Shown one piece after another: positions 1 through 13,269 of a stretch of DNA of 64,000 bases (position 1 is its first letter; the number at the start of each line of letters is the position of its first letter). The DNA comes from Eledone cirrhosa. Its lineage: Eukaryota. The position numbers were made by a program, and so were the translations under genes. The stretch lies in contig OZ024748.1 of the NCBI GenBank assembly GCA_964016885.1, positions 53,072,001 through 53,136,000 on the forward strand, in the 5' to 3' direction. The notes under the pieces were generated by a model. It saw nothing but the letters and a program-made list of their open reading frames with translations, was not told the origin of the DNA and ran no database searches.

Positions 1-107
1 ATTGAAGGAAATCATTGGGAGGATGTTCAGTAGGGAGTCAGCTGGTAGACAGATACATCCTACACAGGTCAACAGCTGTGCAACAAAACTCCACAGGTCA
101 GCAATCG

Positions 108-420
108 ATGGACACTGTATGGACACTGTATAGACACTGTATGGACACTGTATGGACACTGTATGGACACTGTATGGACACTGTATGGACAGTACATGGA
201 CACTGTATAGACACTGTATGGACACTGTATGGACACTGTATGGACAGTACATGGACACTGTATAGACACTGTATGGACACTGTATGGACACTGTATGGAC
301 ACTGTATGGACACTGTATAGACACTGTATGGACAGTACATGGACACTGTATAGACACTGTATAGACACTGTATGGACACTGTATGGACACTGTATGGACA
401 CTGTATGGACAGTGTATGGT
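108..420. repeat. 11-bp minisatellite (ATGGACACTGT)n
   Basis: Direct tandem copies of atggacactgt with atagacactgt and atggacagtac variants; explains the overlapping MDTVWTLYGHC-type ORFs. Confidence 0.95.
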
Positions 421-442
421 CAATATGTGGGCACTGTATTGA

Positions 443-670
443 CATCATCATCATCAACCTCACCATTTTACGTCCATTCTTCGACGCTAGCATGGGTTAG
501 ATGGGTTGTCCTGTTGTGGGCAATGCCAGGTCAGGTGACCTTGTCTTGCTCATACGGGAATTGATTTTGGCTTGATTTCTACAGCTGGATGCCCTTCCTA
601 ACACCAACCTCATTTACAGTGAGTGCTGGGTGCTTTTTTGTCATGACACCTCCACAACCATTTTGCAGCG
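443..670 (-). mobile_element. Partial SINE family 2 (3' part, (TGA)n tail)
   Basis: Shares gatttctacagctggatgcccttcctaacaccaacctcatttacagtgagtgctggg with the copies at 2333, 18566 and 21631. Confidence 0.7.
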
Positions 671-957
671 ATACTATATATAAACTCTATACAAATGTTA
701 TGCTATGCAGTTCAGTTGTTTAACATTCACATTATTTACCATATTTTGTGCTACAGTGTGCTAATTGCTTTCAGAACTCATTAATAACATTCCTCAGTTA
801 ATAATTAGTTCTAATTAACTATAATTAATTAGTGTGATGTTAAGTAACTCAGTGCTTCAGAACCATAAAATAGAAATAAAGTATTTAGATGTAGTTTATT
901 GTATATTTCTATCATTTCTACATCTGAAGTTATAAAACATGGACATATGGTCGCAGA

Positions 958-1640
958 CTACCACCACCTGCTACAACAACTACCACTACTACCACTGCTA
1001 CAACAACTATCACTACTACCACTGCTACAACCATTACTACAACTAGCACTACAAATATCACCACTACCAATTCACCATTACTACCACCACTACTACAACT
1101 ACAACCACTACCACTACAAATATCACCACTACTATAACCACAACCACTACCACTACAAATATCACCACTACCACAACCACTACTAGAACTACCACTACTA
1201 CAACCATTACCACAACTACTACAACACTATCACCACTACCACAACTACAACTACTACAAATATCACCACTACTAAAACCACTACCACTACCACAATCACA
1301 TCCACTACTACAACCACTACCACAACCACTACTACAATCACTACCAACATCACTACTGTTACAACCACTACCTATCTCACCACCACTACCAACACCACCA
1401 CCACCAACAACATCACCACCACAACCACCACAGCCACTACCTATCTCACTACCACTACCAACACCACCACCACCAACATCACTATCACCACCACCACCAC
1501 AACCACTACCTATCGCACCACCACAACCACCACCACCACCACCATAACCACTACCAACATCAACACCACAACCACCACCACCACCACCACTACCTATCTC
1601 ACCACCACCACCACCACCACCACCACCACCACCACCACCT
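958..1640. repeat. (CAC/CTA/CAA)n low-complexity tract
   Basis: Degenerate trinucleotide repeats. Confidence 0.9.
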
Positions 1641-2032
1641 AAGAGGTACAATCTTTTATTTATGTATGTTTTGTTAAGTAAGCTATTTGTAAATCTATTA
1701 AGCTAAGTAATGTTGAACCATTAGTATTCTTCAGTGGCATATCTAGTTAACATAGGAAGCAGGTGTAATACCATTGTTTATATTAAATTCAAACTAATCC
1801 TAGTACAAATACTCCACCAATATACCAGAAACAGCAGTCTATCATAAAACAATAGCCTACTTTTAACCTAACCATTGGTTTCTGACCACCCATCGACACT
1901 TACAACTGTACATGCAATTGCATGTACAGTTTGGTTTCATTTGCACACAAATACTTTTACACGTGAATACTTTAATACTTTCCTTATTTTCTCTGAAGAT
2001 GGCCAATTGTGTGTTTAAAATTTTATATATAT

Positions 2033-2073
<41 letters not shown>

Positions 2074-2093
2074 TATATATATATATTATTTAT

Positions 2094-2322
2094 AAACAAT
2101 GAGTTATTTGGTTTGTTGATTATTCAACAAAGTTAATTTACATCAGATTAGAAGCACTCAACAGATTTTTTCTGGAGTATCATTAATATCAATAATATTA
2201 ATAAATGGAAAATATCTTTATAAAACCATATTTATTTTATTATACGTATTTCAAGGGCACTAATATTTTAGTATGCTTTCGTCAGATAAAATACAATAAT
2301 TTGTGGGGGTCCTTAATCTTAT
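2094..2322 (-). mobile_element. Hammerhead-bearing (TA)n-inserted element, family A copy 1
   Basis: Homologous to 5122-5510, 21021-21300 and 55095-55357 (aagcactc, ctggagta, attaataaatgga, tataaaaccata blocks); flanked by TA repeats. Confidence 0.75.
2233..2293 (-). ncRNA. Minimal type I hammerhead ribozyme
   Basis: Minus strand reads UAUUUUAU-CUGACGA-[AAG C A UACUAA aaua UUAGUG C C CUU]-GAAA-U ACGU A-UA-AUAAAAUA: 8-bp stem I, intact core, palindromic stem III loop. Confidence 0.85.
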
Positions 2323-2332
2323 CATATATATA

Positions 2333-2669
2333 TCATCATCATCATCATCATCATTTTACGTCTGCTTTTCACTGCTTGCAAGGGTGGGACGGGAACTGAT
2401 TCTGGGTTGATTTCTACAGATGGATGCCCTTCCTAACACCAACCTCATTTACAGTGAGTGCTGGGTGCTTTTTTTTCATGGCACACCCACGACCACTTTG
2501 CAGTGAAATGATAGGGACCCCAGTCCCTATCATCTCATTTCTACAGCTGAGTAAACTGGAGCAATGTGAAATAAAGAGTCTTGCTCAAGGAAACAACACA
2601 TCACCTGGTCTGAGAATTTAACAACTTTCGATTGCAAGGCCAATGCTCTAACCACTAAGCCATGTGCCT

Positions 2670-2671
<2 letters not shown>
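2333..2671 (-). mobile_element. tRNA-derived SINE family 2 (CORE-like middle, RTE-type tail), near full length
   Basis: Reverse complement of 21631-22023; A/B-box-like head, ccttgagcaagac core, (TGA)n tail. Confidence 0.85.
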
Positions 2672-2705
<34 letters not shown>

Positions 2706-3018
2706 AAAGTAGAGTAACTGAAAACGATAACTCATATACCTATAAATCTATATATATATAGAGAGAGAGATTTGTGGTTTCATGATGAGTTTCCTACACT
2801 CTAATGAAACATGTAAATTCTTGAAATAAATTGAACTCTATTGCTAATCTGTGTAAATCTTTATTTATCTATCTATCTATATATATATATAGTGTAGGAG
2901 GTGAGTTTTATTGTAGTACAATAAAGCAATGCAGATATCGGATAAGAAGCACTCTACAGTTTGTGGGACTGGAGTATGCATAATATAAGATCAAAAGATG
3001 GTTAAAGGAGTTCCATAT

Positions 3019-3087
3019 ATTTTATTATGCGCATTTCAAAAACAAACATCATCAAACAATAATATTTGTGTTTTCATCAGATAAAAC
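3019..3087 (-). ncRNA. Minimal type I hammerhead ribozyme (left arm)
   Basis: Reverse complement of 3216-3284. Confidence 0.85.
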
Positions 3088-3215
3088 AGGAGAACATGAT
3101 ATGAAGGCTAAAAAACACTTGTGGATAGTGCAGTTTTAAATCAACATATCAAAATATGTTGATTTAAAACTGCACTATCAACAAGTGTTTTTTAACCTTC
3201 ATATCATGTCCTCCT

Positions 3216-3284
3216 GTTTTATCTGATGAAAACACAAATATTATTGTTTGATGATGTTTGTTTTTGAAATGCGCATAATAAAAT
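3216..3284 (+). ncRNA. Minimal type I hammerhead ribozyme (right arm)
   Basis: GUUUUAU-CUGAUGA(3223-3229)-[AAA C ACAAAUAUUAUU guuu GAUGAUGUUUGU U UUU]-GAAA(3266-3269)-U GCGC A-UA-AUAAAAU; stem II has three G.U pairs on this strand. Confidence 0.87.
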
Positions 3285-3315
3285 ATATGGAACTCCTTTA
3301 ACCATCTTTTGATCT

Positions 3316-3351
<36 letters not shown>

Positions 3352-3411
3352 CTGCCACTACTGGAATTGAATAATCAAAACCGTACCTGTATGTCGCATA
3401 TCCAATCTCTC

Positions 3412-3480
3412 ATATATTTTATCTGCTGAAAACGTACTTAAACACCATTGTACCTTTGAAATATGTATAATAAAATATAT
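3412..3480 (+). ncRNA. Degenerate minimal hammerhead (core CUGCUGA) within family A copy 3351-3530
   Basis: AUAUAUUUUAU-CUGCUGA-[AAA C GUAC..GUAC C UUU]-GAAA-U AUGU A-UA-AUAAAAUAUAU; 11-bp stem I but an A6-to-C change in the core. Confidence 0.7.
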
Positions 3481-3542
3481 ATTTTGGTTATGAGAATATT
3501 TTTTCATTTATTAATATTTTGAATAATATCTATATATAAATA

Positions 3543-3581
<39 letters not shown>

Positions 3582-3616
3582 GTGAAAAAATGGGGAGAAG
3601 AATATATATATATATA

Positions 3617-5109
3617 TAAAGGGGATGCTCTGGAGAGGAGCAATTATAGGGGTATAAAACTGATGGATCAGGTTATGAAGGTGGCAGAAAGGATATTAAC
3701 ACAACTAATTAGAGAAAGGGTCAAACTAGATGAGATGCAGTTTGGTTTTGTGCCTGGGAAGAGTACAACAGATACCCTCTTCTTTGTGAGACAATTGCAA
3801 GAGAGGTTCTTAGAGAAAAATAAGCCACTATACTTAGCCTTTGTTGACCTAGAGAAGGCCTTTGATAGGGTAGCCCGATCTGTCATCTGGTGGTCCCTAA
3901 GGAAGCTAGGTGCTGAGGAATGGCTTGTAAGGACAGTGCAAACTTTGTACAGAAGTACTCTCAGTAAAGTCAGGGTAGGAATGGAGTTTAGTGAGGAATT
4001 CCAGATACAAGTAGGAGTACATCAAGGTTCGGTCCTCAGCCCGCTCTTGTTCATTATAGTCCTCCAAGCCATAACAGAAGAGTTTAAGACTGGCTGTCCA
4101 TGGGAACTTCTCTATGCTGACGATCTGGTTCTTATAGCAAAATGAGTAGAGGAGCTAGAGAATAAATTCTGGCTATGGAAACAGCAGTTGGAAGCAAAAG
4201 GACTGAGAGTGAACCTAGCTAAGACAAAAGTGTTGATGAGTAGAAAAGAGGAAAAAAACCCTGATTCCGTCAGGGAAATGGCCATGTTCGATATACAGAA
4301 AAGGAACTGGCATAAATTCTATAAAATGCACACAATGCAGATCCTGGGTAGACAAGAGATGTAGCGGGATAGCAGGCAAACTAACAGGTAGGGAGAAATA
4401 TGTATGCAGTAGATGTACAGGGAAATTAGACAGTAGAAGTCGCATTGATAGACACATTTTTCAGATGCAGGAGGGCGCTATAGAAGTGGTGGATAGCTTC
4501 CGGTACCTAGGAAGGAGATCAGATTAGCATGGGAGGAGGGTGTTCCGAGGCCATAGTATCTAGAATAAGGACGGGTTGGAAGAAGTTTAGGGAGCTGCTT
4601 CCTCTGTTGATGAAGAAGGGTTTCTCCCTGCGTACGAAATGCCGGTTGTATGATGCCTGTGTGAGGAGCGCGATGCTGCATGGTAGTGAGACATGGGTAG
4701 CAACTGCAGAGGATATGCGACGGCTGGAGAGAAATGAGGCAAGCATGCTCCGTTGGATGTGCAGTGTAAATGTGCTGAACAACCCAGCATAAATGTGTTG
4801 AGAGAGAAACTGTGACTGAGAGGGATAGAATGTAGTGTACGGGAGAAGAGACTGAGGTGGTATGGACATGTGATGCGCATGGAGGATGCCGAGGGGAAAT
4901 GCCAGGAAATGCCAGTTGAAGGAAGACATGGTAGAGGTAGACCACAAAAAACATGGGCGGAGGTGGTGAGAACAGACCTCAGATCATTGAAGCTCACGGT
5001 GGAGATGATGAAGGACTATGACGAGTGGAGAGATGCTGTGCTGAATAAGACCCATCCCACCCTTGCAAGCAGGGGAAAGCGGACATAAAATGATGATGAT
5101 GATGATGAT
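3617..5109 (+). mobile_element. 5'-truncated RTE-clade LINE (reverse transcriptase pseudogene)
   Basis: NYRGIKLM, QFGFVPGKST, AFVDLEKAFDRV, GVHQGSVLSPLLF and LLYADDLVL motifs; downstream MLHGSETW, MLRWMCSV and GRGRPQKTW; stop at 4143-4145 and frameshifts; (TGA)n tail at 5091-5109. Confidence 0.95.
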
Positions 5110-5258
5110 ATATATATATATAGATGCAGAAGTTATATTTAATTTGTTGGGATTCCAACAAACTTAAAAGTTTATAACTGATATAAAGCACTCGACAAAT
5201 TACTGGAATAAATATTCAATATATTAATAAATGGAAACTATATTTATAAAACCATAAT

Positions 5259-5323
5259 TATTTTATTATATATATTTCAAAGGCAACCAAGGCAGTCTTG
5301 GTGCACTTTCATCAGATAAAATA
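5259..5323 (-). ncRNA. Minimal type I hammerhead ribozyme (left arm)
   Basis: Reverse complement of 5404-5468 with two substitutions in stem II. Confidence 0.82.
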
Positions 5324-5403
5324 CAAAATTTTACTATCCAGCAAACTTTCAAACATCAAGGTTGTTTTCCACGGTTATGTCAATATTTATAAAACAAATT
5401 TTG

Positions 5404-5468
5404 TATTTTATCTGATGAAAGCGCACCAAGACTGCCTTGGTTGCCCTTGAAATATATATAATAAAATA
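5404..5468 (+). ncRNA. Minimal type I hammerhead ribozyme (right arm)
   Basis: UAUUUUAU-CUGAUGA(5412-5418)-[AAG C GCA CCAAG acugc CUUGG U UGC C CUU]-GAAA(5449-5452)-U AUAU A-UA-AUAAAAUA. Confidence 0.88.
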
Positions 5469-5518
5469 ATTATGGTTTTATAAATATAGTTTCCATTTAT
5501 TAATATATTGTATATATA

Positions 5519-5625
5519 TCCCGCCGAGGTTGACTTTGCCTTTCATCCTTACAGGGTCGATAAAATAAAGTACCAGTAATGCACTGGGTAATTGCTGGCC
5601 TTGTGCCTAAAGTAGAAACAATTAA
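5519..5625 (+). mobile_element. SINE family 1, 3' half
   Basis: Matches the 3' part of the full-length copy at 58021-58212. Confidence 0.85.
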
Positions 5626-5749
5626 TATATTGTATATATATATATACATATATATATATATTCTACAGCTGGATGCCTTTCCTAACACCAACCTCATTTA
5701 CAGTGAGAGCTGGGTGCTTTCTTAACATGGTGCCTACACGACCACTTTA

Positions 5750-7285
5750 CAGTTTACACCACCACCACAAACACTATAACTACCAACAGCACAATTTGTA
5801 TTACCACTACCACTACCACCAACACTACCAACACCGACAACTACAACATCTATCAACATAATCACCACCCAGAATGACCACGGGGGGGGGGGGCCCTGCC
5901 CCACAACCACTACTACCTCCACACCCACTCCGACTAACACCACCTACTCCACCATCACGACCACCACCACCACCATCACCACCACCTTCACTATCACCAC
6001 CACCACCACCACTGTCACCATCACCCCCAACATCCACCATCTCTGTCAGCACCACCACCACTGTCACACACACACCCTACCAATACTAACACCACCACCA
6101 CCGCTGTCTCCTCCCACCCCACCACCACCACCACCACCTCATTCACCCCCCCACTGTCATCCCTTCCCCCCACCCCACCCCCACACTATACACATAGACA
6201 CACAGACACACGCATAGAAGCACATAGCCACACACACATACATACACATACATACACATACACACAGATACACACATACACACAGATACACATACACTCC
6301 AACAGACACAAGCATAGAAGCACATAGCCACACACACATACATACACATACATACACATACATACATACACATACATACACATACACAGATATATACACA
6401 TACACTCCAACAAACACATGCATTAGTTGCAACTACTTTCTTTTACTGGGATAATACATCTCTTGAATATCTCACATATACACATACACTCAGACAGACA
6501 CATACACACACACACAGACACACATATATACACTGACAGACTGACATATACACACACACGCACAGACACACATATATACACTGACAGATACATATACACA
6601 CACACACTAAGACACGGGCAGATACATATACACACACACACAGACACGCATATATACACTGGCAGATACATATACACACACACACAGACACACATATATA
6701 TACACTGGCAGATACATATACACACACACACACACATAGACACACATATATACACTGGCAGATACATATACACACACACACACATAGACACACATATATA
6801 CACTGACAGACTGACAGACATATACACATACACTGACAGACTGACATACACACATACACTGACAGACACATATACACATACACTGACAGACACATACACA
6901 CACACACACACACATACACACACACATATATATACACTGACAGACTGACATACACACATACACATACACACACACACACAGACACACACATGTATACACT
7001 GACAGACTGACAGACACATATACACACACACAGACACACCTGATCTCTCTGTAACTCACACACACACACTTGTTCTGTCTCTCTTTCACTCATACATGCA
7101 TTCTCTCTCTCTTTCTCTCTCTCTAACATACATAAACCTGATCTTTCTCTCACACACTCTCGTTCTTTCTCTCTCTCACATACACACATACTTGCTCTCT
7201 CTCTCTCTCACATACACACATACTTGCTCTTTCTCACACACACATCTTCCTCTCTCCCTCTCTCTCTCTAACATACACACACTTG

Positions 7286-7325
<40 letters not shown>

Positions 7326-7533
7326 TACACACGCACTTTCTCTCTCTCACATACACATCTCCCCCCCTCTCTCTAACATACACCCACTCTCTTTCTCTCT
7401 CACACCCACTCTCTTTCTCTCACACACACATTCTCTCTCTCATACACACTATATCTCTCAGACTCATGCACGCACACACACACACACACACACGTACTCT
7501 CTCTCTCTTTCACACACACACGTACTCTCTCTC

Positions 7534-7567
<34 letters not shown>

Positions 7568-10505
7568 TCTCTCTCTCTCATGCACTTTCACACACATTCT
7601 CTCACATACACTCTATCTATCTATCTCTCAAACTCTCTCTCACACACACACTCTTGCTCTCATACACACACACTCTTGCTCTCATACACACATACACAAA
7701 CCCTCTCTCTCATACACCAAACCACTTACTTTCTCTCTCTCCCTCTCTCTCTCCCCCTCTCTCTCACTCTCTCTCTCTCACTCTCTCTCTCTCACTCTCT
7801 CTCTCACTCTCAATATGTTCTTGTACTTTTGCTGATGATGGTGATGGAAGTGATGATGATGGTGGTGGTGGTGGTGGTGGTGGTGGTGGGGATGGCGGTG
7901 GTGTTGGTGGTGGTGTTTGTGGTGGAGATGGTGGGGATGATGATGGTGGTGGTGGTGGGGATGGTGATGATGGTGGGGATGGTGATGATGGTGGTGGTGG
8001 TGGTGGGGATGGTGGGGGGGGGGGGGGGTAATAGTGTTGGTGGTGGTGATGGTGGTGATGGTAGTAGTGATGGTGGTGGTGGTGGTGATGGTAGTGGTGG
8101 TGATGGTGGTGGTGGTGGTGGTGGTGGTGGTGGTGATGGTGATGGTGGGGATGGGGGGGGGGTGATGGTGGTGATGGTGGTGGTGGTAATAGTGGTGGTG
8201 GTGGTGATGGTGGTGATGGTAGTAGTGATGGTGGTGGTGATGGTGATGGTAGTGGTGGTGATGGTGATGGTGATGGTGGTGATGATGGTGGTGGTGATGG
8301 TGGTGATGGTGGTGGTGGTGATGGTGGTGGTGGTGGTGGTGGTCCTTATTACTATTCCAGTCCATCGACTGGAACCAAGCATATATGTGTGTGTACATGT
8401 GTATACATATGTGTGTGTGTATATGTGTATACATATGTGTGTGTGTATATGTGTGCGTGTACATGTGTATACATATGTGTGTGTGTACATGTGTATACAT
8501 ATGTGTGTGTGTACATGTGTATACATATGTGTGTGTGTACATGTGTATACATATGTGTGTGTGTACATGTGTATACATATGTGTGTGTGTACATGTGTAT
8601 ATGTATATGTATGTTTGTGTGTACATATAGATGTGGGTGTACATGTGTGTCTTTACATATATGTGTATGTGTATATTGTGTGTGTGCGTACATGTGTTTG
8701 TGTACATGTATGTTTACATTGTGTGTGTACATACATGCGTGTGTGCATATATGCATGTGTGTTTATGTACTGTGTGCATGTGTGCATACATACTTGAGTA
8801 TAAGTGCATGTGTGTATGTATTTGTGTGTGTGTGTATGTATGTGTGTGTGTATGCATGTGTGTGTATATATGCGTGTGTGTGTTTATGTACTGTGTGTGT
8901 GTGTATGCTTACATACTTGTGTAAAAGTGTATATATGTTTTATATTCGTGTGTACGTACATGTGTGTATACATTGTGTGTGTGTGTGTATATACATGCAT
9001 GTATGTGTATTTGTGCATACATACTTGTATATAAGTGTATCGGTGTATGTATTTGTGTGTGTGTGTATATACATGCATGTGTGTGTATAGATGTATGCGT
9101 ATACATGTGTGTGTATACATGTGTGTGTGCATACATGTGTGTGTATACATGTGTGTGTGCATACATGTGTGTGTACGTGCATTTGTGTGTATGTGCTATG
9201 TGTGTGTGTGTCTGTGTGTACATCCTTGTATATAAGTGTTTCTGTATATGTATTTATGTGTGTGTATACATGTGTATCTTCATTGTATGTGTATATACAT
9301 ATATACATATATATGTGTATATATATATATACATGCATGTGTGTGTGTATGTGTTAATGTGCGTGTACATACATCCTTGTATATAAGTGCATGTGTGTGT
9401 CTGTATCTGTGTATGTATTTATGTGTTTGTATACATGTATGTATGTGTATGCGTGCATACATGTATATAAGTATATCTGTGTATGTATATATGTGTTTGT
9501 ATACATGCAAGTATATGTATGTGTGCATACATGTATATAAGTGTATCTGTGTATGTATTTATGTGTTTGTATACATGTATGTATATGTATGTGTGCATAC
9601 ATACTTGTATATAAGTATATCTGTGTATATATATATGTGTTTGTATACATGCATGTATGTGTATGTGTGCATACATACTTGTATATAAGTGTATCTGTGT
9701 ATGTATATATGTGTTTGTGTACATGCATGTATGTGTATGTGTGCATACATACTTGTATATAAGTGTATCTGTGTATGTATTTATGTGTTTGTATACATGT
9801 ATGTATATGTATGTGTGCATACATGTATATAAGTGTATCTGTGTATGTATTTATGTGTTTGTATACATGCATGTATATGTATGTGTGCATACATACTTGT
9901 ATATAAGTATATCTGTGTATGTATTTATGTGTTTGTATACATGCATGTATGTGTATGTGTGCATACATGTATATATGTGTATCTGTGTATGTATTTATGT
10001 GTTTGTATACATGCATGTATATGTATGTGTGCATACATACTTGTATATAAGTATATCTGTGTATGTATATATGTGTTTGTATACATGTATGTATGTGTAT
10101 GTGTGTATACATACTTGTATATAAGTATATCTGTGTATGTATATATGTGTTTGTATACATGCATGTATGTGTATGTGTGCATACATACTTGTATATAAGT
10201 GTATCTGTGTATGTATATATGTGTTTGTATACATGCATGTATGTGTATGTGTGCATACATGTATATAAGTGTATCTGTGTATGTATTTATGTGTTTGTAT
10301 ACATGCATGTATGTGTATGTGTGCATACATACTTGTATATAAGTATATCTGTGTATGTATTTATGTGTTTGTATACATGCATGTATACTGCATATATGTA
10401 TATGTACTAATGTGTGTGTGTGTGTGTGCCTTCCTTGTATATAAGTGTATGTGTGTGTATATATCTATATGTGTGTGTATATATCTATATATGTGTGTAT
10501 ATGTG
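5750..10505. repeat. Compound microsatellite field ((CAC)n, (CA)n, (CT)n, (GGT/GAT)n, (TG/TA)n with higher-order units at ~9400-10380)
   Basis: Continuous simple repeats; recurring unit gcatacatacttgtatataagtgtatctgtgtatgtatttatgtgtttgtatacat. Confidence 0.9.
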
Positions 10506-11086
10506 ATATATCAAGGTAAGTGGTGTATGGTAGGGTTTCTTCTTTTTTGGCAAGAACTACCAATCTCCACCTAACAATGCCCGCAGGCTGGCTCTCCAAC
10601 ACCAACACTAAAAGCCACCAAAATACACCATGTGATGTGACTTCATTTCTTTCTAATTGTCTTCCATCACGAAAATAATTTCCTAACCCTCTCTCATTAG
10701 TGAACCAATCTTTACTGAGGCTTTTTTAACCCTTACCGACAGTTCTTATTCAAATCTAACCCTTAAATCTCACCTTCTTTCAACTCTATCACTGATCATC
10801 ACCACTTGCACATTCAGCAGTCTTCTTCTTCTCCTTCTTTCTTCCTCTTCTTCTTTGCCTTCTTCTTCTTCTTCTTCTTCTCCTTCTTCTTCTTCTTCTC
10901 TTTCTTCTTCTCTCCTCCTTCTTCTTATGTGTGTGTATATATACACCATTCATATACACACACATATATATATATATATATACACCATTCATACACACAT
11001 ATGTGTGTGTGTGTGCATGTGTGTATCTGTATGCATATTTTTAAATGTGCATAGTTATAGATGTGTGTGTATGGTGTGGACATAAA

Positions 11087-11136
<50 letters not shown>

Positions 11137-11204
11137 GATCAATCGACTTTCGTCAAATCGGACCGAGGAAACAATGATGAAGGAAAGGGAAAGTCGTTTA
11201 TATC

Positions 11205-11600
11205 AACCCTTGTATTTAACTAGTATTTTCTTGTATTGATCCACAGATTTGTGAAAAGCAAAGTTGATTTTGTTCGAATTTGAACTCAGAATGTAGAAGC
11301 TGGTAACAGAAATACCTCTAAGAATGTTGTCCAGTGCTCTACCAATACTGCCAATCAACCACCTGTAATTGTGTCAAATAATGGTTTCTTTTCTAGGCAC
11401 AAGGCCAGCTATTTTGTGGGAGGGGAAAGTCTATTAAATAGACCCCAGTGCATGAATTGTACTTTATTTTATTGACCCCGTAAGGATGAAAGGCAAAGTT
11501 AACCTCGGCGGGATTTGAACTCAGATCATAAAGGGCCGTAATTCTATGCTGCAAAGCATAGTGTCCAGCTCTCTACTGATACTGCCAACCCACCACCCTA
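11205..11600 (-). mobile_element. Two tandem SINE family 1 copies
   Basis: ggcacaaggccagc ... gaccccgtaaggatgaaaggcaaagttaacctcggcgggatttgaactcaga and a diverged copy beside it. Confidence 0.8.
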
Positions 11601-11984
11601 ATTGTCTCAAATAATAATACTATATCTGTATCCAATTTAGAATAGGTACACTGTATCTTTGCTTGTTGTAAGTGGTAATTAAAAGGGTTGGCACCAGAAA
11701 CACCTTAAAAAGAATCCCACGAGGAAGCTTGTCATGGGGGGTCTTTAGGAACAGTGTATTTATGACTATATTATCCAATGTAAATCCATGTGTTTCAATC
11801 AAGTTTAGAATAGGTGCACTATAACCTTGCATGTGATCAGAGGTAACTGAAAGAGTTGGGGTCAGGAAGGGCATCCAGCCGTAAAACATTGCCTTAAAAA
11901 TGACTCCATAATAAGTATGAAGCTTGTTAAGAAATCCACAAAGCTAACCCTGCTCTTTAGCAAGGAAAATGGCTTTAAAACACT

Positions 11985-12722
11985 TGATGGTGATGTTGTT
12001 GTTGTTGTCGTTGATGTTATTGTTGTTGTTGATGTTTTGATGTTGTTATTGACATTATGGTTGATGTTGTTGTTGTTGATGTGGTTGATGTTGATGATGT
12101 TGTTGTTGTCGTTGTTGGTGGTGTTGTTGTTGTTGTTGTTGCTGTTATTACTGTTGTTGATGCTTTGATGTTGTTATTGACATTATAGTTGATGTTATTG
12201 TTGTTGTTGGTGTGGTTGATGATGACGATGCTGATGATGTTGTCGTCGTCGTTGTTGTTGTTGTTGTTGGTGTTGGTGTTGTTGATGATGATATAGTTGA
12301 TGATGATGTTGGTGTTGTTGTTGTTGTTGTTGTTGTTGCTGTTGACATTGTAGTTGATGTTGTTGTTGTTGTTGATGTGGTTGATGATGACGTTGTTGAT
12401 GTTGTTGTTGTCATTGTTGGTGTTGTTGTTGCTGCTGTGGTTGATGATGATGTAGTTGATGTTGATGTTGTCGTTGTTGATGTTGTTGGTGTTGTTGTTG
12501 TTGTTGTTGCTGTCGTTGTTGTTGACGTTGTTGTTGATGATGTTGTTTTTGTTGATGCTGATGTTGGTGCTGATATTGATGTTGTTGATGTTGGTGATGA
12601 TGGCGATGATGATGATGCCGATGATGATGATGATGGCCATGATGATGATGGCAATGATGATGGCGCTGATGATGTTGATGATGATGTTGAAGTTGTTGAT
12701 GTTGTTGTTCTTGTTGATGTCA
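11985..12722. repeat. (GTT/GAT)n low-complexity tract
   Basis: Trinucleotide repeats. Confidence 0.9.
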
Positions 12723-13269
12723 AATAATAGCTAAATCTTGTTGCTATTAACAATATTTATTTTATGAAATAATGTAGAAGCAGAAATATTGCAGAACTGA
12801 GAAGAATGTCACAGTTTTTTTTCTTTTCTGTTGTTGTTTTGATATTATCTTGTTTATTTAGATTAGTGATTGAGATTAATAATTAAAATTAGTAATTAAA
12901 TTTTTTAATTAAGAATTTTTAAAATTAATATTTCTGTTTACTTAAGATTTTTAATTTAATTTTCATGAATTTCGTGATGCGAAACAGGAGAAGATTGAAA
13001 AATATGAAAGTAAGATTAGCTGATTTTTAAAATATTTATTTAGATTAATAATGATGAAGATTTACTAATTAAGATTACTAATTAATATCTGGGAGAATAA
13101 TTTTTCTTAATTAAAATTCTGCCTCACTTCATATGGAATTTATAATTAAGATATTATTTTTCATTTTCAGTCATGTGTGGTTTTATTTTCATAGTTTTAT
13201 TTGGATCATCACTTAGATATCCCAGATGGGTGGGCCTTTGACCTTCCTATTGCATAGCCCTTGCCCTGT

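Larger units (their letters stand above)
2891..3322 (-). mobile_element. Family A-related element with ~170-bp fold-back inversion
   Basis: Near-perfect palindrome 2980-3322 centred at ~3151; unique extension 2891-2979 with a tttattgta/tacaataaa hairpin and aagcactc motif; (TA)n on both sides. Confidence 0.8.
5122..5510 (-). mobile_element. Family A copy with 5' inverted arm (arms 5217-5331 and 5396-5510)
   Basis: About 115-bp inverted repeat with a ~64-bp spacer; TA repeats at both ends; homologous to other family A copies. Confidence 0.82.

Noticed and set aside
12947-13015. Small exon candidate ending in GTAAG (also 1734-1762, 14551-14585 and the minus-strand acceptor near 38615)
   Set aside because: The protein-like frame has a stop after the only acceptor, and none of the candidates can be linked into a recognisable gene.
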